Below are positions 48,761 through 62,645 of a stretch of DNA of 64,000 nt, in pieces. Under the pieces are notes generated by a model. It saw nothing but the letters and a program-made list of their open reading frames with translations. It searched no databases and was not told the DNA's origin. This DNA comes from Vicugna vicugna (lineage: Eukaryota): NCBI GenBank assembly GCA_013265495.1, contig MU058531.1, positions 3,100,911 to 3,164,910 on the forward strand. The letters run 5' to 3'. The position numbers and the translations under genes are program-made. Position 1 is the stretch's first letter. Each line of letters begins with the position of its first letter.

Positions 48761-49023
48761 AATGGTCTTAAAAACTGTTATGTCCACATGTTATCTTGAA
48801 AATTTCAGGAAATCCTCAGGCTTAGGGAATGTGCTCAGAAGTGACAGTTTCTTTTCTAGTTGCAAAGCCTAATAATCTGCAGTCATGTTCTTGGATTCTA
48901 CCAAGAACATAGCAAAGCAAGAATTATCCTGGGTCTACTACTCACTTGTGATGTGCTATTAGGCAAGTTACTTCACCTGTCCAAAACTCAGTTTCATCTG
49001 TAAAACGGGGGTAATGATGAGTT

Positions 49024-49366
49024 GTTATAGCAGAGACCATGTCATGTGTTCCCCAAAACTTGTTTCCCTTTCCTCCTGGTTATATGCCTAGTGGACATTT
49101 TCCAGCTTCCCTTGCAGTTATGTAGGGCCATATGACTGTGGTCCAGCCAATGGAATCTGGGCAGAAGTGATGTGTGCCACATCCAGGCCCCAACCTTAAG
49201 AACCCTCCAGTGGGATCCTTATCATGTGCACTCTCTCCCTCTCCCTCCAGGAAAGAACTGAACTCTAAGGTCCTGGGGAGGATGGGGACATGAATAAGCA
49301 ATTAGCCTTGACCATATTACGTCACTGAGATTTAGGGATTGTTATGGCAGCTAGCCTATCCTAATA
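49024..49366 (+). mobile_element. MaLR LTR (MLT1J-like) nested in a MIR
   Basis: ccagcttcccttgcagtta...agccaatggaatctgggcagaagtgatg; MIR halves on both sides. Confidence 0.7.
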
Positions 49367-50959
49367 GAGCAATCAAGAGGCTCAAACAAGATAATTTATT
49401 TATAAGCACAGTGTCAGGAACATAGTAAATGTTTAGTAAGTAATAGTTATTTACTATTATGTGATATCTGCCCTGATTTAGGTATATAGACTTTTCTCTT
49501 CCCAATGCTATTTCTTCCCTTTCATCCAGTGACCAAGGCATCTCTGGACATCGGTCCCTGCTTTGTCTTTAAGCCTGATCACAATGTTAATGTGCTGCTT
49601 CTCTCTGGACCTTGCTTTACTAATAGCACTTCCTTGCAGAAAATATGGGGTTAGAGGGGATGTTTCTATTGACATGATAATGGTTCTGAAATGAGTCAGA
49701 AGCAAGAGGCAGTCCAATTGGCACTGTTCATCAGAGCTCCACTTTAGCTTCCCTTGCCTTTCTGTACGAAGGCTACAGGACTGAAAGTTAAATTAGTTTG
49801 GGAACTGACTTGAATGAGCAGCACAATCTGCTCCACTGGAGAAAACATTCCATAAAAACTGTTCCTGCCGAGTTTTCATGAAACTTCCAAATTTTAATTA
49901 GAAACTGGAGAACCAGATGGGTGGCAAAAGGAATTTAAGGCAATGAGGGAGCAAGTGCTCATACACTAAGGTTAAAAATCAATAGCCATATGACTGGGTG
50001 GTCACTTAATCAGCATGATTTGAGGAGTTCTAGGGGTTCCTCCTGTAGCCCCCAAACATTTCCTCCATTACATGTTGGCAATGCCTGAAAAGTTGTTCAT
50101 AGCAACTTAAAAGTAGAGAATTACAAGTCACTTTCACAATCACAAGTCACTTTACACAATCTCTCTTAACACTCACAATATGAACCTCAAGACTCCATGA
50201 AATCAAATAATCTGTACAAGATTATGCAGGTGATAAATAGCAAAGCAAGACTTTATCAGTGTCCTGGCTTCAGAATTCTTTCCACCTCACCACAGTTGCC
50301 TCTGCCATCATTAAAATTTCATTTCTTTGGGTTAAATGCATCTACAAAGAAATTGATCATTCAAATGAAATCTTAACTGAATCTTAGTGTATAAATGGAG
50401 TTGTTCTGGCTAAGTATATTTATGGGGAGGAGAGACAGGGAGAGAGAAACTTTAAGGAAGCAGATGCAAAGCCCAAGAAATAGTCAAAAAGCTGCTAGGT
50501 TAAAGCATCCATCCCCTATTCAATACAATTGGCCTTGAAGGAATATCTTGCTGTCATTCATACCTTATATCCTATCAGATAATTTCCCACCACCTGAGAC
50601 AACGAGCTAGACTAACAAAGTTTGATTAAAGGGCTCGGTCATTATATGGCAAGGTGAGAAGTAGAGAAGGAGTAATTAAAAGATGAAAATCCACTTTACA
50701 TTTGGCTTCAGGTTTGCTCTGCCTGTTGAAGGAATCAAACTCTTCTATAACTAATAGATTATTGTGCTTCCTGAGCATTGGTGCTTTAAAACTGCTAATA
50801 TAGAAACAGAGAAAATCTAGACTTAAAAAAGCAAATTACAATCCAAGAAGGTCTTATATCCAGAGAGAGTTAGAGGAGTTGGAATCATATAGGCATTGGA
50901 GAAAGAATGTTGGAATAAGATGGTTGGAGTGGACACAAAACTGCTGGAGCCAATCGCCA

Positions 50960-51552
50960 TTTTTTCCATCCTTGTATGGGCTTTTCTGGTTGTTGTCATG
51001 GCAATCATGAACTCTCTTGGCACCGGTGAATGTGTCATTTAGCATGCTAATGCATTACAATGAGCGTATAATGAGGCTCGAGGTCCACTGGAAGTCAAAT
51101 CCTCTGCCATTTTGGGCTTCGTTGGTTCAAATCAATTCATGTTTCTTCTCTTTACAGCTGCCTCCTGAGACTTTGATAAGAGTAATTGGTTTCTATCTGA
51201 GGGAGGGGCAGGGGTATGATCCTGGGACAACAGGCTTGGTAACAAAAAAGAAAGTTGCTTTTAATCAGAACACTGGCAATGTGGTGGACTCAGTGTTCCT
51301 CAGAAACCACCCCCAAAGATTCCCCTCAGCCATGAAAGTTTTAAAGGGAAACAAGGAAGTAACCTCAGTTAATCACTGAGATAGGCAGTTGTCGCCATCC
51401 CCCACTGCATGCAAACTTATGGTGCAGGCTTGTCCCAATCATCTGCTGCTGAGCCTGCTCTTTTATGACTCAGGAAGGTCTGCGAGCAACTTTTCTATAA
51501 ACCAGAGGCAGGGGTTGGGAGGGGGTGCCCGCAGGGTCCTACTCAGTATTAC
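50960..51552 (-). mobile_element. ERV LTR-derived sequence (probably two fragments)
   Basis: gtcatggcaatcatgaact...gccattttgg; ends ggtcctactcagtatta, like an antisense LTR start. Confidence 0.5.
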
Positions 51553-52037
51553 TATCCAGGATCCCTTTCTTGATTCTCCCTAAAGACCTCTTTTTAGAAA
51601 CAATAGTGTCTGCTACTCCCACTTCTGCCAAAAAAAATTCCCTTACTAAGAAATGATCAATTAATTTTCTCATTTTCCTAGGTTCAAACCCTACCTCTGC
51701 CATTGGCTAGATTTATGACCTGTTTATTTCATCTCTCTAGCCTCAATTTTCTTACCTGAGAAATGGGCATATCAGTGATTCCTACCTCATAGTCACAAGA
51801 AATAAGTGATATATGATGTATCTGTATGAGATAATGGATGCTCACTAAACCTATTTGGTAAAAGTTTCATGACATGTGTAAGTCAAATCATGTTGTACAC
51901 CTTAAACTTATATGGTACTGTACGTCAATTATATCTCAATAAAACTGGAAAGGAAAATAAAAGAAAAAAGAAGTGATATAATGTAGTGTATATATAAATG
52001 TTCTTAGCACAATGCTCAATACCCAAACAAGGTCCAG

Positions 52038-52597
52038 TGAAGGTGATCAGAGTATCTATCCCCAAAATATGCCACCGTTTTTTTTAGGATTGTTTTCAGC
52101 TGAGAGCAGTTAGCTCTCTACCCTCTCCCTTCCTATCTAAAAACAGTGTATAAATTTCCCTTTGTAAAGGTAACATAAATTGCCATTTCTAAACTTGTCT
52201 CCATCTCCAGTACTGGGAAAAGAAGTATTCGGGAGACAGCTGTTATCACCTGAAAGGACCCTTATCTGCACAACAAATCTTACTAAACGACTCTCATTTA
52301 CCATACATTTCCCAGACACCTTCCCAGAACTAACCCCCCCACCCCGAGAGGCCCCCAGAGGCGCCCATCCCCTTTTCCTTTGTCTAGCCTCTTCTCTATA
52401 CTTTATCACCCTGTATTAAGAAGATAAATTCTTACACCCAAATTCTTTCACCTTCTTGAGTCACATTTCTTTGTGAACTCTGAGCATAGGTATGTAATTA
52501 CTTTTTTTCTCCCTTATTAAGCTGTCTTTTGTCAGTTTAACTTGTGCTGGTACGAGGTACTGAATCTAAGAGAGCAGGGAAGTTTTTCCTTCCCTAT
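52038..52597 (+). mobile_element. MER34-like ERV1 solo LTR
   Basis: Starts tgaaggtgatcagagtat...ccccaaaatatgccac and ends aagtttttccttccctata; a related antisense fragment lies at about 36608-36725. Confidence 0.65.
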
Positions 52598-55109
52598 ATA
52601 GGTATGAAAACTTTCTCTTTTTGTACTTTTTTCTTGGCATTATTTTTCTTGTTCCCTGGTTTTCCCTAGAAACTATTTCTCAGAACCTTTGGCCATCTTC
52701 ATGAGGATTTAGAAGCAAAAGAGAGAGGAGGTGTCCCAGATCTTTGGGAGCAGAGGGCCTACGGGAGACACTGCCTACTGCTGCAGCCACCTGATGTCCA
52801 CAAGGAAGCAGAGGCCCTTGGGGAGGCTGCTAGGATAGATTAAGGCACAGCTGGGGCTCTTGGTTTAGTTTAAACTTTCCTGACAACTTAGTCAGGATTC
52901 TGTGCTGCTATTGCCACTCCACCAGCCTGAAATGTCCCCTAACACTGCCTCCCCCTTGCTTGTTTCCTCTTATTTAATTCTCATCTCCTCCCCTAGGCCA
53001 TGTGATGCTCGCTCGAGGGCAGGAGCTCTTTGAGTCTTGCCTTCTACTGAATGTCCAGTGTCGTGCTGTGCCTCACGTGCAGAACACACTTTCACACACA
53101 TTTATTGAGTGAGTGAACTGAGACAACTATGCTGAGTAAGAACTAAGATTCATTTATTTACAGTAAAAAAAAAATCCCGTGTTTACTTAGTTCTAATCTA
53201 AGCAATATAGTCACAGTCAAATGTCAGATGGCGACTTCTCCACTTACACCTGTGTGCATCACAACTCACTTCAACATTGGTGCAGAAAAGGAATGAAAGG
53301 GGAAAAGTGTTGTTTTCTTGAAAAAAAAACCAAAAAAGCCTTTAACAATCAGTTCGGAGTATTGATGCTCTCCTTGGAGAGCCCCTCCGAAATCTGGTTC
53401 TGCTCTAACACAGGGCAGAAGGGAATGCCACCTCTGGGTTGTGATTTACCCTCGGATGAGAACGAGGTACCTATTACACAGGCCTGGGGTTGAAGGATAT
53501 AGTTTGGGTCAAGCAGGCAGCCATTCCTGTCTGTTCTGCCCCATTCTCAGGCCTGGTTTCTCCTCTCATTCCCCTCCCTCAGGCATTCTGACAGCTTCAG
53601 GAGGGGCCAGCTCTTATAAGAGTATGTTGGATAGCAGGAGAGAGATCAGAACGATAATAGCTTTCTATGTGCCAAACACTTCTTACATTATCTCTTTCCT
53701 CTTCAGAGCAATCCGGTGAGGTGAGTATTACTTCCAGTCTACAGATGAGGAAAACAGGACAAGAAAGTATAAGAACTTTCCCAAGGTCATTTAGCTGGTA
53801 AATGGCAAAGTCAGGACTTGAGTTGCAGCTACCACACTAGACTGCATCCTACTGGACTGGGATCAACAAGGGGCCCCCAGGTCTCCCTAGAGAGCCTCCA
53901 GAGCCAGGGCTGGGTCAGCCTCAGTCATTCCCATCCCTTGAACTATATAAACAAACCATGCTGTACAGACATTTTACATAATACTTGCCTTACACAGACA
54001 AGGCCTCAGGAACTGTCTATAATTTCATATACATCAAAAATAAGGAATTACATGATAACATTTGGAAACAGAAGTCTATTTGAAGCCTAACTATATGGCC
54101 TTGGGCAAGTCGTTTAATCTCTGTGAGCTTCTGATTCCTTATCTGTAGAGTGAGGATGATAATGCCTCACCTGGAAGCCAGGTAAGTGATCAATTGAGCA
54201 TCTGGCCCATAGGAGGCCCAACAAGCACTGATTCCTCTGTTTTCCTCGCTTTACCACTGGGAGCAGTTGGGGCAGTGCCAAACGTGGGGCCAGGAGGGGG
54301 GCTGGTGCAGAATTCCAGTGCTTCTCCACTGCCGGAGATCAGTGCCTGGACCAGCAGGGTACTAATCATATGGGCATAACCAGTTCTGTCATTCCCTTGT
54401 CATTTTCTGGGGTCAAATTCCAAGTTTCTTGGGTCATCATTCCGCTGAAACGAATGGGTGTAATATAGGCCACAAGTCACAGGCAGCAATGGAAAGCTCT
54501 TAGTTCTCCCAGAATGAGAGCCAAACAAAACAAGAGCCTTTCTAAAGGGATAAGACAAAAGCAACAAGCCTGAAATCCAACATCGTGAAGTTTAAGTTTC
54601 CAGCATGGGCAGTCTAGTTGCATGATTTCCCTTTTAATTTCAGAATCATAAACAAAACCAAACAAAAAAGCAGCTAACAGTCTCCTTGAAAGGATGAAGG
54701 AGTGTCTCTTTCAAGAAAAAAAGGCACTGCTAACAACTATCTTAGGAGTAATTCAGGCATAAAGTAGAAGAAGTGGGGAGTAATCATATTTTCAACTTTA
54801 TACTTTATTTCAACTAATAAACAAGTCCCACTCTGGGGTAACATCTCTCAGAGCCACTGTTTGTCCTTAGGACCACCTCAAATTATATTTTTGGCTCAAT
54901 TATGTTTACCCTGCCCATGATTTAGAATTATGCTTGTTTTATTCCCTAACAAAATTTTTTTAAGCCAGTAGAAACGGTGGCTTACCATGGCCTTGCCTGA
55001 ATTTTTTGTGTTTGGCTTTGAAAAATTCGAATATATTTCTAGAGAAAATGCTAAATAGCTAAAATCATACTTATCAAAAATATTCTGGGATCATTTGTTT
55101 CTGTATCCT

Positions 55110-55330
55110 TTTTTTAAAACTGAGGTATAATTGATGTATTATATGGTTTCAGGTGTACAACATGATTCCATATTTATGTATACTGCAAAATGATCACCAC
55201 GACAAGTCTAGTTAGCATCTGTCACTATGCATAGTTGCAAATTTTTTTTCTGTGATGAGACTTACAAGACCTACTCTCTTAGCACCTTTTAAGTATGCAG
55301 CATGATATTATTAACTCTCGTCAATATAGG
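55110..55330 (-). mobile_element. L1MA-like 3' end
   Basis: tttaaaactgaggtataattga...ggtgtacaacatgatt...aagtctagttagcatctgtcac. Confidence 0.7.
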
Positions 55331-55736
55331 CAACAGAGTATGCATCTGTATACTTTTGATTTAAACTTTGCCATATGCATTTTGGTTATTAACTGCAGTG
55401 CGTGTATCTACAATATACAAAATGAGAAAGACAAAGTCTTTCCAAAACCTGACTTTTTACCAGGTATTTCTCCTTTCTGAGGAGAGGAATCAGGAAATTA
55501 TAGAATGTTAGTGCTATAAAGACGGAGAAACTGAGGCCTAAGGAAATGAAATGCCTTGTGCAAGGCCACACAGTCACTCCACAGTTCTTGCTGGAGGATA
55601 TCTGTCAGTTTGTTTTGGATTCTGTGTGAAGAGCATTCAGCTTCCTTGAGTTAATGGATTATTGATTAATGTTCAGAAAAATGCACAAAGAAGTTTTTTA
55701 TGTTCCCCACTATGAGAACTTCTTTTATTCTTCCTC

Positions 55737-55905
55737 AGTGGGAACCCTCAGAGCATTCTGGCCAAGACAATTCTTCATTGTGTGTGGAGGTCCCAAGAGT
55801 TTCAGGATCTTAGCATCTCCAGCCCAACAACCACAGCCAGGGTGAGAGCAGAAATGCCTTATGCATTTCCAAACACCTCCTAGTACTGCCTTTAGTCGAT
55901 ACCCA
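55737..55905. mobile_element. MER20-like hAT element
   Basis: ggccaagacaattcttcattgtg...aggatcttagcatc pattern. Confidence 0.5.
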
Positions 55906-57430
55906 CTGGGGTATTCTAAGACCAAAATGATGAAAAGTCCTCCCTCGCTACCCTGCCCTCCCCAGTGCCTTCTGTACTACTCATCTCACTAAATCATCAT
56001 TCCTTCCTTCCTTTCAAGGTTTTCTAAGCATCCAGGAATAACCATGAGTGATATTTATCCATTCACCAGCTTCAGGCATATAGGGCATTGTGAAGCAGGA
56101 GGCAACTAAGCCCCATGTTTTCAGAGCTCCTCAGGGCATCCAACAGCTACTGCCTACTTGCCTTTGGATGTGCAAGATCCTGCTCAACACTCTCCTTGCC
56201 TTTCCAATAATCTGCTCTCCAACAGGATTTCTGGCAGGGACAGTTGACGTGGATGGGATTCTTAGAGATCAGCCAGCCCAAGAGCTTCCTTTGAAAACCA
56301 GAGCCTAGATGTCAAGAGTTGTGCCCAAGGTCATACAGCTCATCCATCACAGAACCAGATCTTAGCCCCTTTTCTTCCTTCCATGTCCCAGAGACAAACT
56401 CCCCACATGCCACCGCTTTTCCAAGGATCAACCCTGGTTACACACCCAGGTTAGCACAAAGGCTCAATCCACATCGCCTCACTGGGATTCTGCACTCACA
56501 CAGCTCTTGCCCGCTTTTGTGTGAATAAGGTAGATTATCTTCGTTTCAGGAAACCACTCTGAAGCAAGGGTCAGTGCTGTGGCGTGACTAAGAGCATGGA
56601 ATTCCTCAGTGTAAAGCCAGATTGACCTCTTATTTTGGGCAAGCTGCCTAGCTTCTGTGCCTCAGTTTCCTCGTTTATAAATTGGGAGTCAATAATAGCC
56701 AAGCTATGTATGTTGTGATTAAATGGAATAACGGATCTAAAGCACCTACAACAGTGACTGGCACATTATAAATACAGGTTAAGTGTAGTCATCATCATCA
56801 TCTTCTTCTTCATCATCAATTACACCACTTTTCTTCCCCTGAAAATTTAACCAAGGAAAGAAAGCAGGGCTGGTTCACTTTCTCACACCAGCATAAGCCA
56901 GAAGGGGCTCTCCCTTTGGGGACATAAGCAATGGTCTCCAATCCAGGGCTAATTCAGTTTCTACTCAAAATTGAAGACAGTCATGAAAATGTATAAATTC
57001 AACATACTTAACTTTGGGAATAAAAATTAAGCAAAACAAAGTTTATTTTTTAAGAGTAAAGCACCAGCTCACACCTCTAAATGATCTTTTCTCTTTTATA
57101 GGGCCATTTTAGCTGTTTCTCCTAGTCAATGATCATTCAGTCAAGTAAATAGAAAGATACATAAATTATGGGTCTTGCCTTCAAGGAGGCTTTTTTAAGC
57201 AGTACAACTTGCTACCTTTCATTCTGTGCACCTAAGTTTCACTGTGTGATGGGCTTGGAATCTTGGTAAATCAATAGTGCCAGGGCTGAAAGTCTACCAG
57301 GTTCGCTGACCCTCCTCTCCCTTCCTTGCAGGCCATCACTCCTAATGGGGTGGTTCCCCAGGCTTCCATGCTGTTCCCAGTTCTCTTAGAGCCCAGTCAG
57401 TTGCTTCCTCCTGAGGAGTGGCTGGAAGAG

Positions 57431-57940
57431 TATATTAAACATGTCTTTTTATTTTCTTTATTTTGATGGTTTGACATTTGGAGCCTTGCTGACTTTGGAG
57501 GGACTGCCCCTCCCAGGGTTAGCCAATTCCTGGAGATAGTAAATGACTTACCTTGTGAATGTATCTTTCATATGCAAACCAGTGCCAACCAGTTTCTCCA
57601 ATCACCTCCTCTATTGGGCTCTCATACTTCCACCACCATCCACCTGTCCTAATCATCTCAGGGGCAGGTACCAGATAGTTAGGGACAGCTACTATGCCCC
57701 AAAGCCCACTCAGATTATTGAAACTAGTACAATAAAAGTTCTTGTCCACATTTTATCTTCACTCTCTCTGCCTCCTGACCGACCCTCATGCTTCCGCATG
57801 GGCCCCCCCTGCAGGGTGTGCCATGTCTCCTATTTTATACTCCAGGAAGCTAAGTAAACAACTTTTTCCTCCACGACAGTCATTCCCAAGTCTGCATGTC
57901 TTACCACACCTGATTAAAACAAGTCTTGGGAACCCTGACA
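57431..57940 (+). mobile_element. MER39-like ERV1 solo LTR
   Basis: gccttgctgactttggagggactgcccctcccagggttagccaattcctggagatag...aataaaag...cctgaca. Confidence 0.7.
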
Positions 57941-58651
57941 ACAGAGGGAAATAAAACAGAGGAGAAAGAGTCAGAGACAAGAGCTCGTTGGGGAGGGAGG
58001 ATAGAATGCAATTCAGTAAAGAAGATAAGAACGGGATAATAATCCCTCATCCCTATAAAAGGTGAGAGATGATCAAAAGCTTTCACAGACACAAAGTCAC
58101 CCAGCTTTTGGCAAAAGCCTGTGAGGTCAGCATTATTAATCTCATTTTACACAAAGCAGTTGAGACCCAGGGAGGTTAAGTGATTTGACCAAGATCCTAC
58201 AGTCAGTGGTGGCAATGCTGGGATTTGAACCCAGAGCTATCAGAGTCTACAGTCCTATGGTTGCCTCCCAAATAAGCAGAGAGAGAATAATGGAGCCTGG
58301 AGCTGTCTGTGATCTTATAATCTAAGTATTCGTTCAATTTGCTTCCAGCTCATGGGCTCACCAAGTTCCCCATAGACAAGAGACTTGGGTGCTTCCTTAC
58401 CTTCCCCAATGCTTTGTGCATAATAGGGAATTCAGAAGCACACATTGAACTAAGGAATGAAGGAAGAGAAATCAAAAGGGGGCAGGTAAACAGCTCCAAA
58501 CTGCCTAGGAACCCACTGACTTTCCCTCTTTCGTCCTTGGCTCTGACACTCCAAGGAAGCATTGATATACTGAACTGATGAAGGAAATTTTGAGATGCTA
58601 CCTATAGAAGACACTGAAGCTTCTGTCAGGACAATTTTAAAAGAGATGGTC

Positions 58652-58680
58652 AAAAAAAAAAAAAAAAAAAAAAAAAAAAA
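58652..58680 (+). repeat. A29 homopolymer
   Basis: Read directly from the sequence. Confidence 0.9.
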
Positions 58681-59195
58681 CACTCCCCTGAGGTTTTCGT
58701 TCTGCAGAGTTTTGGAGAGCTAAAGGCCAAAGAAGCTATTCTGGTCTGGCTTGCATCTGGCCTTGTTTTCTTCTTAAGCAACTCTGACTGCTTAGGAAGC
58801 TCAAGTCTGGGATTGAGAAGTTTGGTTTAAGTTTCTCAGAATGCCTAAATGTCTAACTACTCTTCATCACAGATGGCTGGACCTAAGATTAACTGCTAGT
58901 TTTCTTTGCTTTACCAAGTAGATGTAATCTACCAACTTTAGCTGTAATGTGAAATCTATTTTTCCATTGACTTCTTTCCTAAAATTGGAGGATGCATTCC
59001 TGTGCTAAAACAGCAGATTTTATTTACAACCAATGGCAGATAGCAACTCTTCTCTGTTACTGCCCTTCAAAACTGAGTTACCCACAGTGTCACTATTCAG
59101 TTTTTCTGAATAGGTTGGCCCTACTGTGTGCTTAAAAGCTTAAATTTGGGAGTCAGACAAATATGGGTTGAGTTCCAATTAATAGTAGCTATAAG

Positions 59196-59324
59196 TAGGG
59201 AGGGTATAGTTTAAGTGGTAGAGTGCATGCTAGGCATGCACAAGGTCCTGGGTTCAATCCCCAGTACCGCCTCTAAAAATAAATAAACCTAATTACCTGC
59301 CCCCTCCAAAAAACAAAAACAAAA
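59196..59324 (+). mobile_element. tRNA-derived SINE, camelid Vic-1-like, inserted inside a MIR
   Basis: gggagggtatagtttaagtggtagagtgcatgc...gggttcaatccccagtacc; TSD CAATTA(A/G)TAGTAGCTATA at 59176-59193 and 59325-59342. Confidence 0.9.
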
Positions 59325-59774
59325 CAATTAGTAGTAGCTATATGACTTTGGGCAAATAATTTAACCTCTTTGAACTTTCATTTTTTTTAATCTGTAAGAT
59401 GGCATAATAATAGTACTTATCATAAAACTTGCTAAGAAGAATCAATATATAATTCAAATAATTATATAATATAATGTTACATAATATATTATATAATATA
59501 ATAATATGTGGTAGCAGGAGTTAGTACCTTTAATTATTCTTGACTGGGCACCGTGAGCCTTTGTAGTCTGGGCTGTGGGTACAGCATTACTGGCTTCTGG
59601 TCGAAATTCCCTTCTAACTGTCTTCATCAATTGGATAGTATACCCCTACTTTCCTTCTAACTCCTATTTTTCCTCTTTTGACAAAGGAGAGAGGCTGTGT
59701 TCTAGCTCCATGCCCCTATAGCATTTTTACCCACTAATTCAACAAATATTTATTGATCACTCTCTTATTTTGAT

Positions 59775-60225
59775 TTTTTTTTCTGTTGCTGCATTAACAA
59801 ACCACCTAAAACGTACTGGCTTAAGACAATTATCATTCTATTTGCTCGCAGCTTTTCAGTCTGGTCTGGGCTCAGTTGGGAGTTTCTTCTGCTGGTCTTG
59901 CCAGTGGTCATTTTATGGCTGCATTCATCTGGTAGATCCACTTAGGGATGAACTCAAACTGGATGCTAGGGTGGCTGGGTCTCTCTTTACATAGTCTCAG
60001 GATTTCTAACTCTCTATATCGCCTCTTCACAAGGAGCCTAACTTTTTACACGCACCTCAGGGCTCCCAAAAGTGCAAAAGCAGAAGCTGCCGGGTCTTCT
60101 TAAGGCTCTGGGCTGGAACTGCCACAGCATCACTTCTGCCACATTTTGTTGATTAAGGAGCACCAGCCTGGCTCCCAAGGGAGGTGTGGTTCCTTGGAGG
60201 CCAGTAACATAACAGACTATCAAAA
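59775..60225 (-). mobile_element. MaLR LTR (MLT1-like)
   Basis: ctgttgctgcattaacaaaccacctaaaac...cacttctgccacattttgttg. Confidence 0.7.
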
Positions 60226-60305
60226 GCATATTCTAACACTTTGCTAGGCTCACTGGTGAACCTGTCAGATCAGGTCTCCGCCTCCCTAGAGCCTACATAC
60301 CAGGG

Positions 60306-60780
60306 TAGGGGTTCTCAAAACTTGAAAGTGCATCAGAATCACTTTGAGAACCACTGTTCTCGGGTCGCTTCAGCCCTAGACTACATGCCCAGAGATTTTA
60401 ATTCAGTTGGTCTGGGGTGAGGTATCTGTATTAAAAAAAAAAAAAATTTCCTAAGTGACCCTAATGAACAAACAGCCAGGGCTGAGAACCATTGCTTTTA
60501 GAGTCTATTCTGTCTCCCTCTCTTTTCCCTTAAAAGCTTCCTTGAGCTAGTCACAATTTGATTCATTTTTATGATCCCACCTGAATATTTCCCTTCTTTG
60601 AAACAAGGGTTCTCAAATTTTGTTGCACTTTAGAATTTAAAGCAATTTTTAAGTCCTGAAGTCCAGGTCACACTCCACACCAATTACATAAGAACTTCTA
60701 GAGATGTAACCTAAGCATTTAAGTATTTTTTCAGACTCCCCAGGTGATTCCAAAGTGCAGCCAAGTTTGAGAATGGGTGC
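60306..60780. mobile_element. Cluster of MER5-like hAT MITEs
   Basis: Repeated ggttctcaaa / tgagaacc(a) termini at 60310, 60343, about 60483, about 60607 and about 60766. Confidence 0.7.
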
Positions 60781-61322
60781 TTTAAAGCACGCTTACTGAC
60801 ATTTTCCCAGTATACATTTGTAGGTTAAAAAACACTCCTTCCCATGGTCATCTCCTGTGTCTTCCTTTGAACACTAAAAACTGCAGAGGATATTTTAACC
60901 TAAAATCTTAACTTGTCCTCTGTCTAATCCCACTTACATCAGCATTCATGCCTCAATAGCATAATCATCCTTTAGGGAAACCAGATTTTGCCACATTTGC
61001 CATTAAAAAACTTTTTACCCAAGTCAGTGAGGAACTTTTGGCAAGGAAGGGGTTAAGATGATAGCCCAGTTGCATGCTGGGAACTGTAGTTCAATAGCAG
61101 TGCCTAGCCAGTGAGGCGCTAGGGGCCTCCAAAGCAGCTCCCAGCACCCCACATCCCACACTGCCCTTTGGAGAGGCATTGTCCAGCAGTGACTAACACC
61201 TTGGGCACCAGAGTCACAGTGCCTGGGTTTGATTCCAGTGACACCCCTCACTAGCTGGGGGACTCTGAGCATGCTCTCTAACCCCCTGGACCTCCTTTTA
61301 TTTTTTCTGTAAATATAGAGGA

Positions 61323-61382
<60 letters not shown>
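61323..61382 (+). repeat. (AAT)20 perfect microsatellite inside a MIR
   Basis: Read directly from the sequence. Confidence 0.95.
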
Positions 61383-61383
<1 letters not shown>

Positions 61384-61720
61384 TCCAGACCATGAGGTTT
61401 TTATGAGGATTAAGTGAATCAATACACATAAAGTGCTTAGACCAGCAGCTCGCACATGATATTCCTTCTCTGAGTGTCAGCTTTGGTTATTACTGCCTTC
61501 TCAACTCCACTCTTGGCCAAACCTCTATTCTCTTGGAGCACAAGAGTTGAAATCCCCTGATTCCACAGTCAGGACACAGAGTCTAGCTGACTTTTGGGAA
61601 ATTATTTGTAACTGTTTATCTAGATTGTCCCCTGGTCATTGCTCTTTAAAATCATGAGGTTGGGTTTGGGATGATAGCTGATATCATTGCCCTTTGTCCC
61701 CGTCTAACAGATCCTGGCAC

Positions 61721-62160
61721 ATGTCCTATAGTGAGGGTCCCTTGGTTTTGCCTGGCTAGCGTCCATCCTCTCTGCTTCTGGTAGTAGCACCCAAGTTTGC
61801 TTTAGGGACCAGCCCTCTCCCATAGTGTGTACCCCAGGTGGGACTGCCAAAGAATGTGCCCTGGCTTCCCATGGCAAAAGGGGGGGTATCTGACTCCAGC
61901 TCAGCCCAATGGACATTCTGCTTTGAGGAGGAACATGTGGATAATAACTGGTTGGAATGGAGTCACATGAGGACATTGCTCATTAGCTCCTGCTGCCTAG
62001 ATCCCCAAGTTCCCACAAGTTTCTCCATTTCTGAAGCCTGCTTAGACAGCCCTTCCTTGGATTCCGCGAGTCACTCCATCACTGTGGCAGTAAGGTTCTT
62101 TTATGTTTAGATTGGCAGAGTCAGTGTCTATTACTTTCTACCAAACAGTCCTTAGTGACA
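61721..62160 (+). mobile_element. MaLR LTR (MLT1K-like)
   Basis: cttctggtagtagcacccaag...tttctgaagcc...gagtcagtgtctattacttt. Confidence 0.5.
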
Positions 62161-62606
62161 TACTACTTCTAATCTTTAAGATCTGGCCCTCTGCTCACTG
62201 CCCTCTCCCCACTCCCCATTTAATTCTGGGAGAGTATCAGAAGTTGAATGCCTTCTTTGTGACATGCCTTCCACGTGCACTATCACTAAGCTTAATATCA
62301 ACAATGCAAAGGTATTCTACTTTACCAATGTGGAAAATGAGGCACAGAGAAGCTAAGCAACTTGCCTAAAGTCACACAGCCAGTAAATAACAGAAATGAT
62401 ATTTTATCAGGTCTAATTGTTGCCCTCAATCAGTAAGTGAAATTTATTGGAATTGAGATCAACAATTCTCTGCCATTTCACAGGCTCCTGGTGTGGGTGA
62501 AGATCTTTAGCATCCTCTAATGCAGTGTTTTCTTTTTCTTTTCCTTTTTTAGGGGGGAAGATCATAAACCAATTGTAAGAAACGTGCTTTATATCACAAC
62601 CCTGCA

Positions 62607-62645
62607 TGCACAAACACAAACACACACACACACACACACACACAC
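62607..62645 (+). repeat. (CA)n microsatellite
   Basis: cacaaacacaaa followed by a pure CA run. Confidence 0.9.

Noticed and set aside
50123..50161. 19-20-nt tandem duplication (acaagtcacttt...caatc twice); similar short duplications at about 6314-6354 and 28372-28400
   Set aside because: Ordinary slippage micro-duplications with only two copies; not an array.
61024..61455. 143-aa ORF with a poly-Tyr tract
   Set aside because: Produced by the (AAT)20 microsatellite within a MIR.
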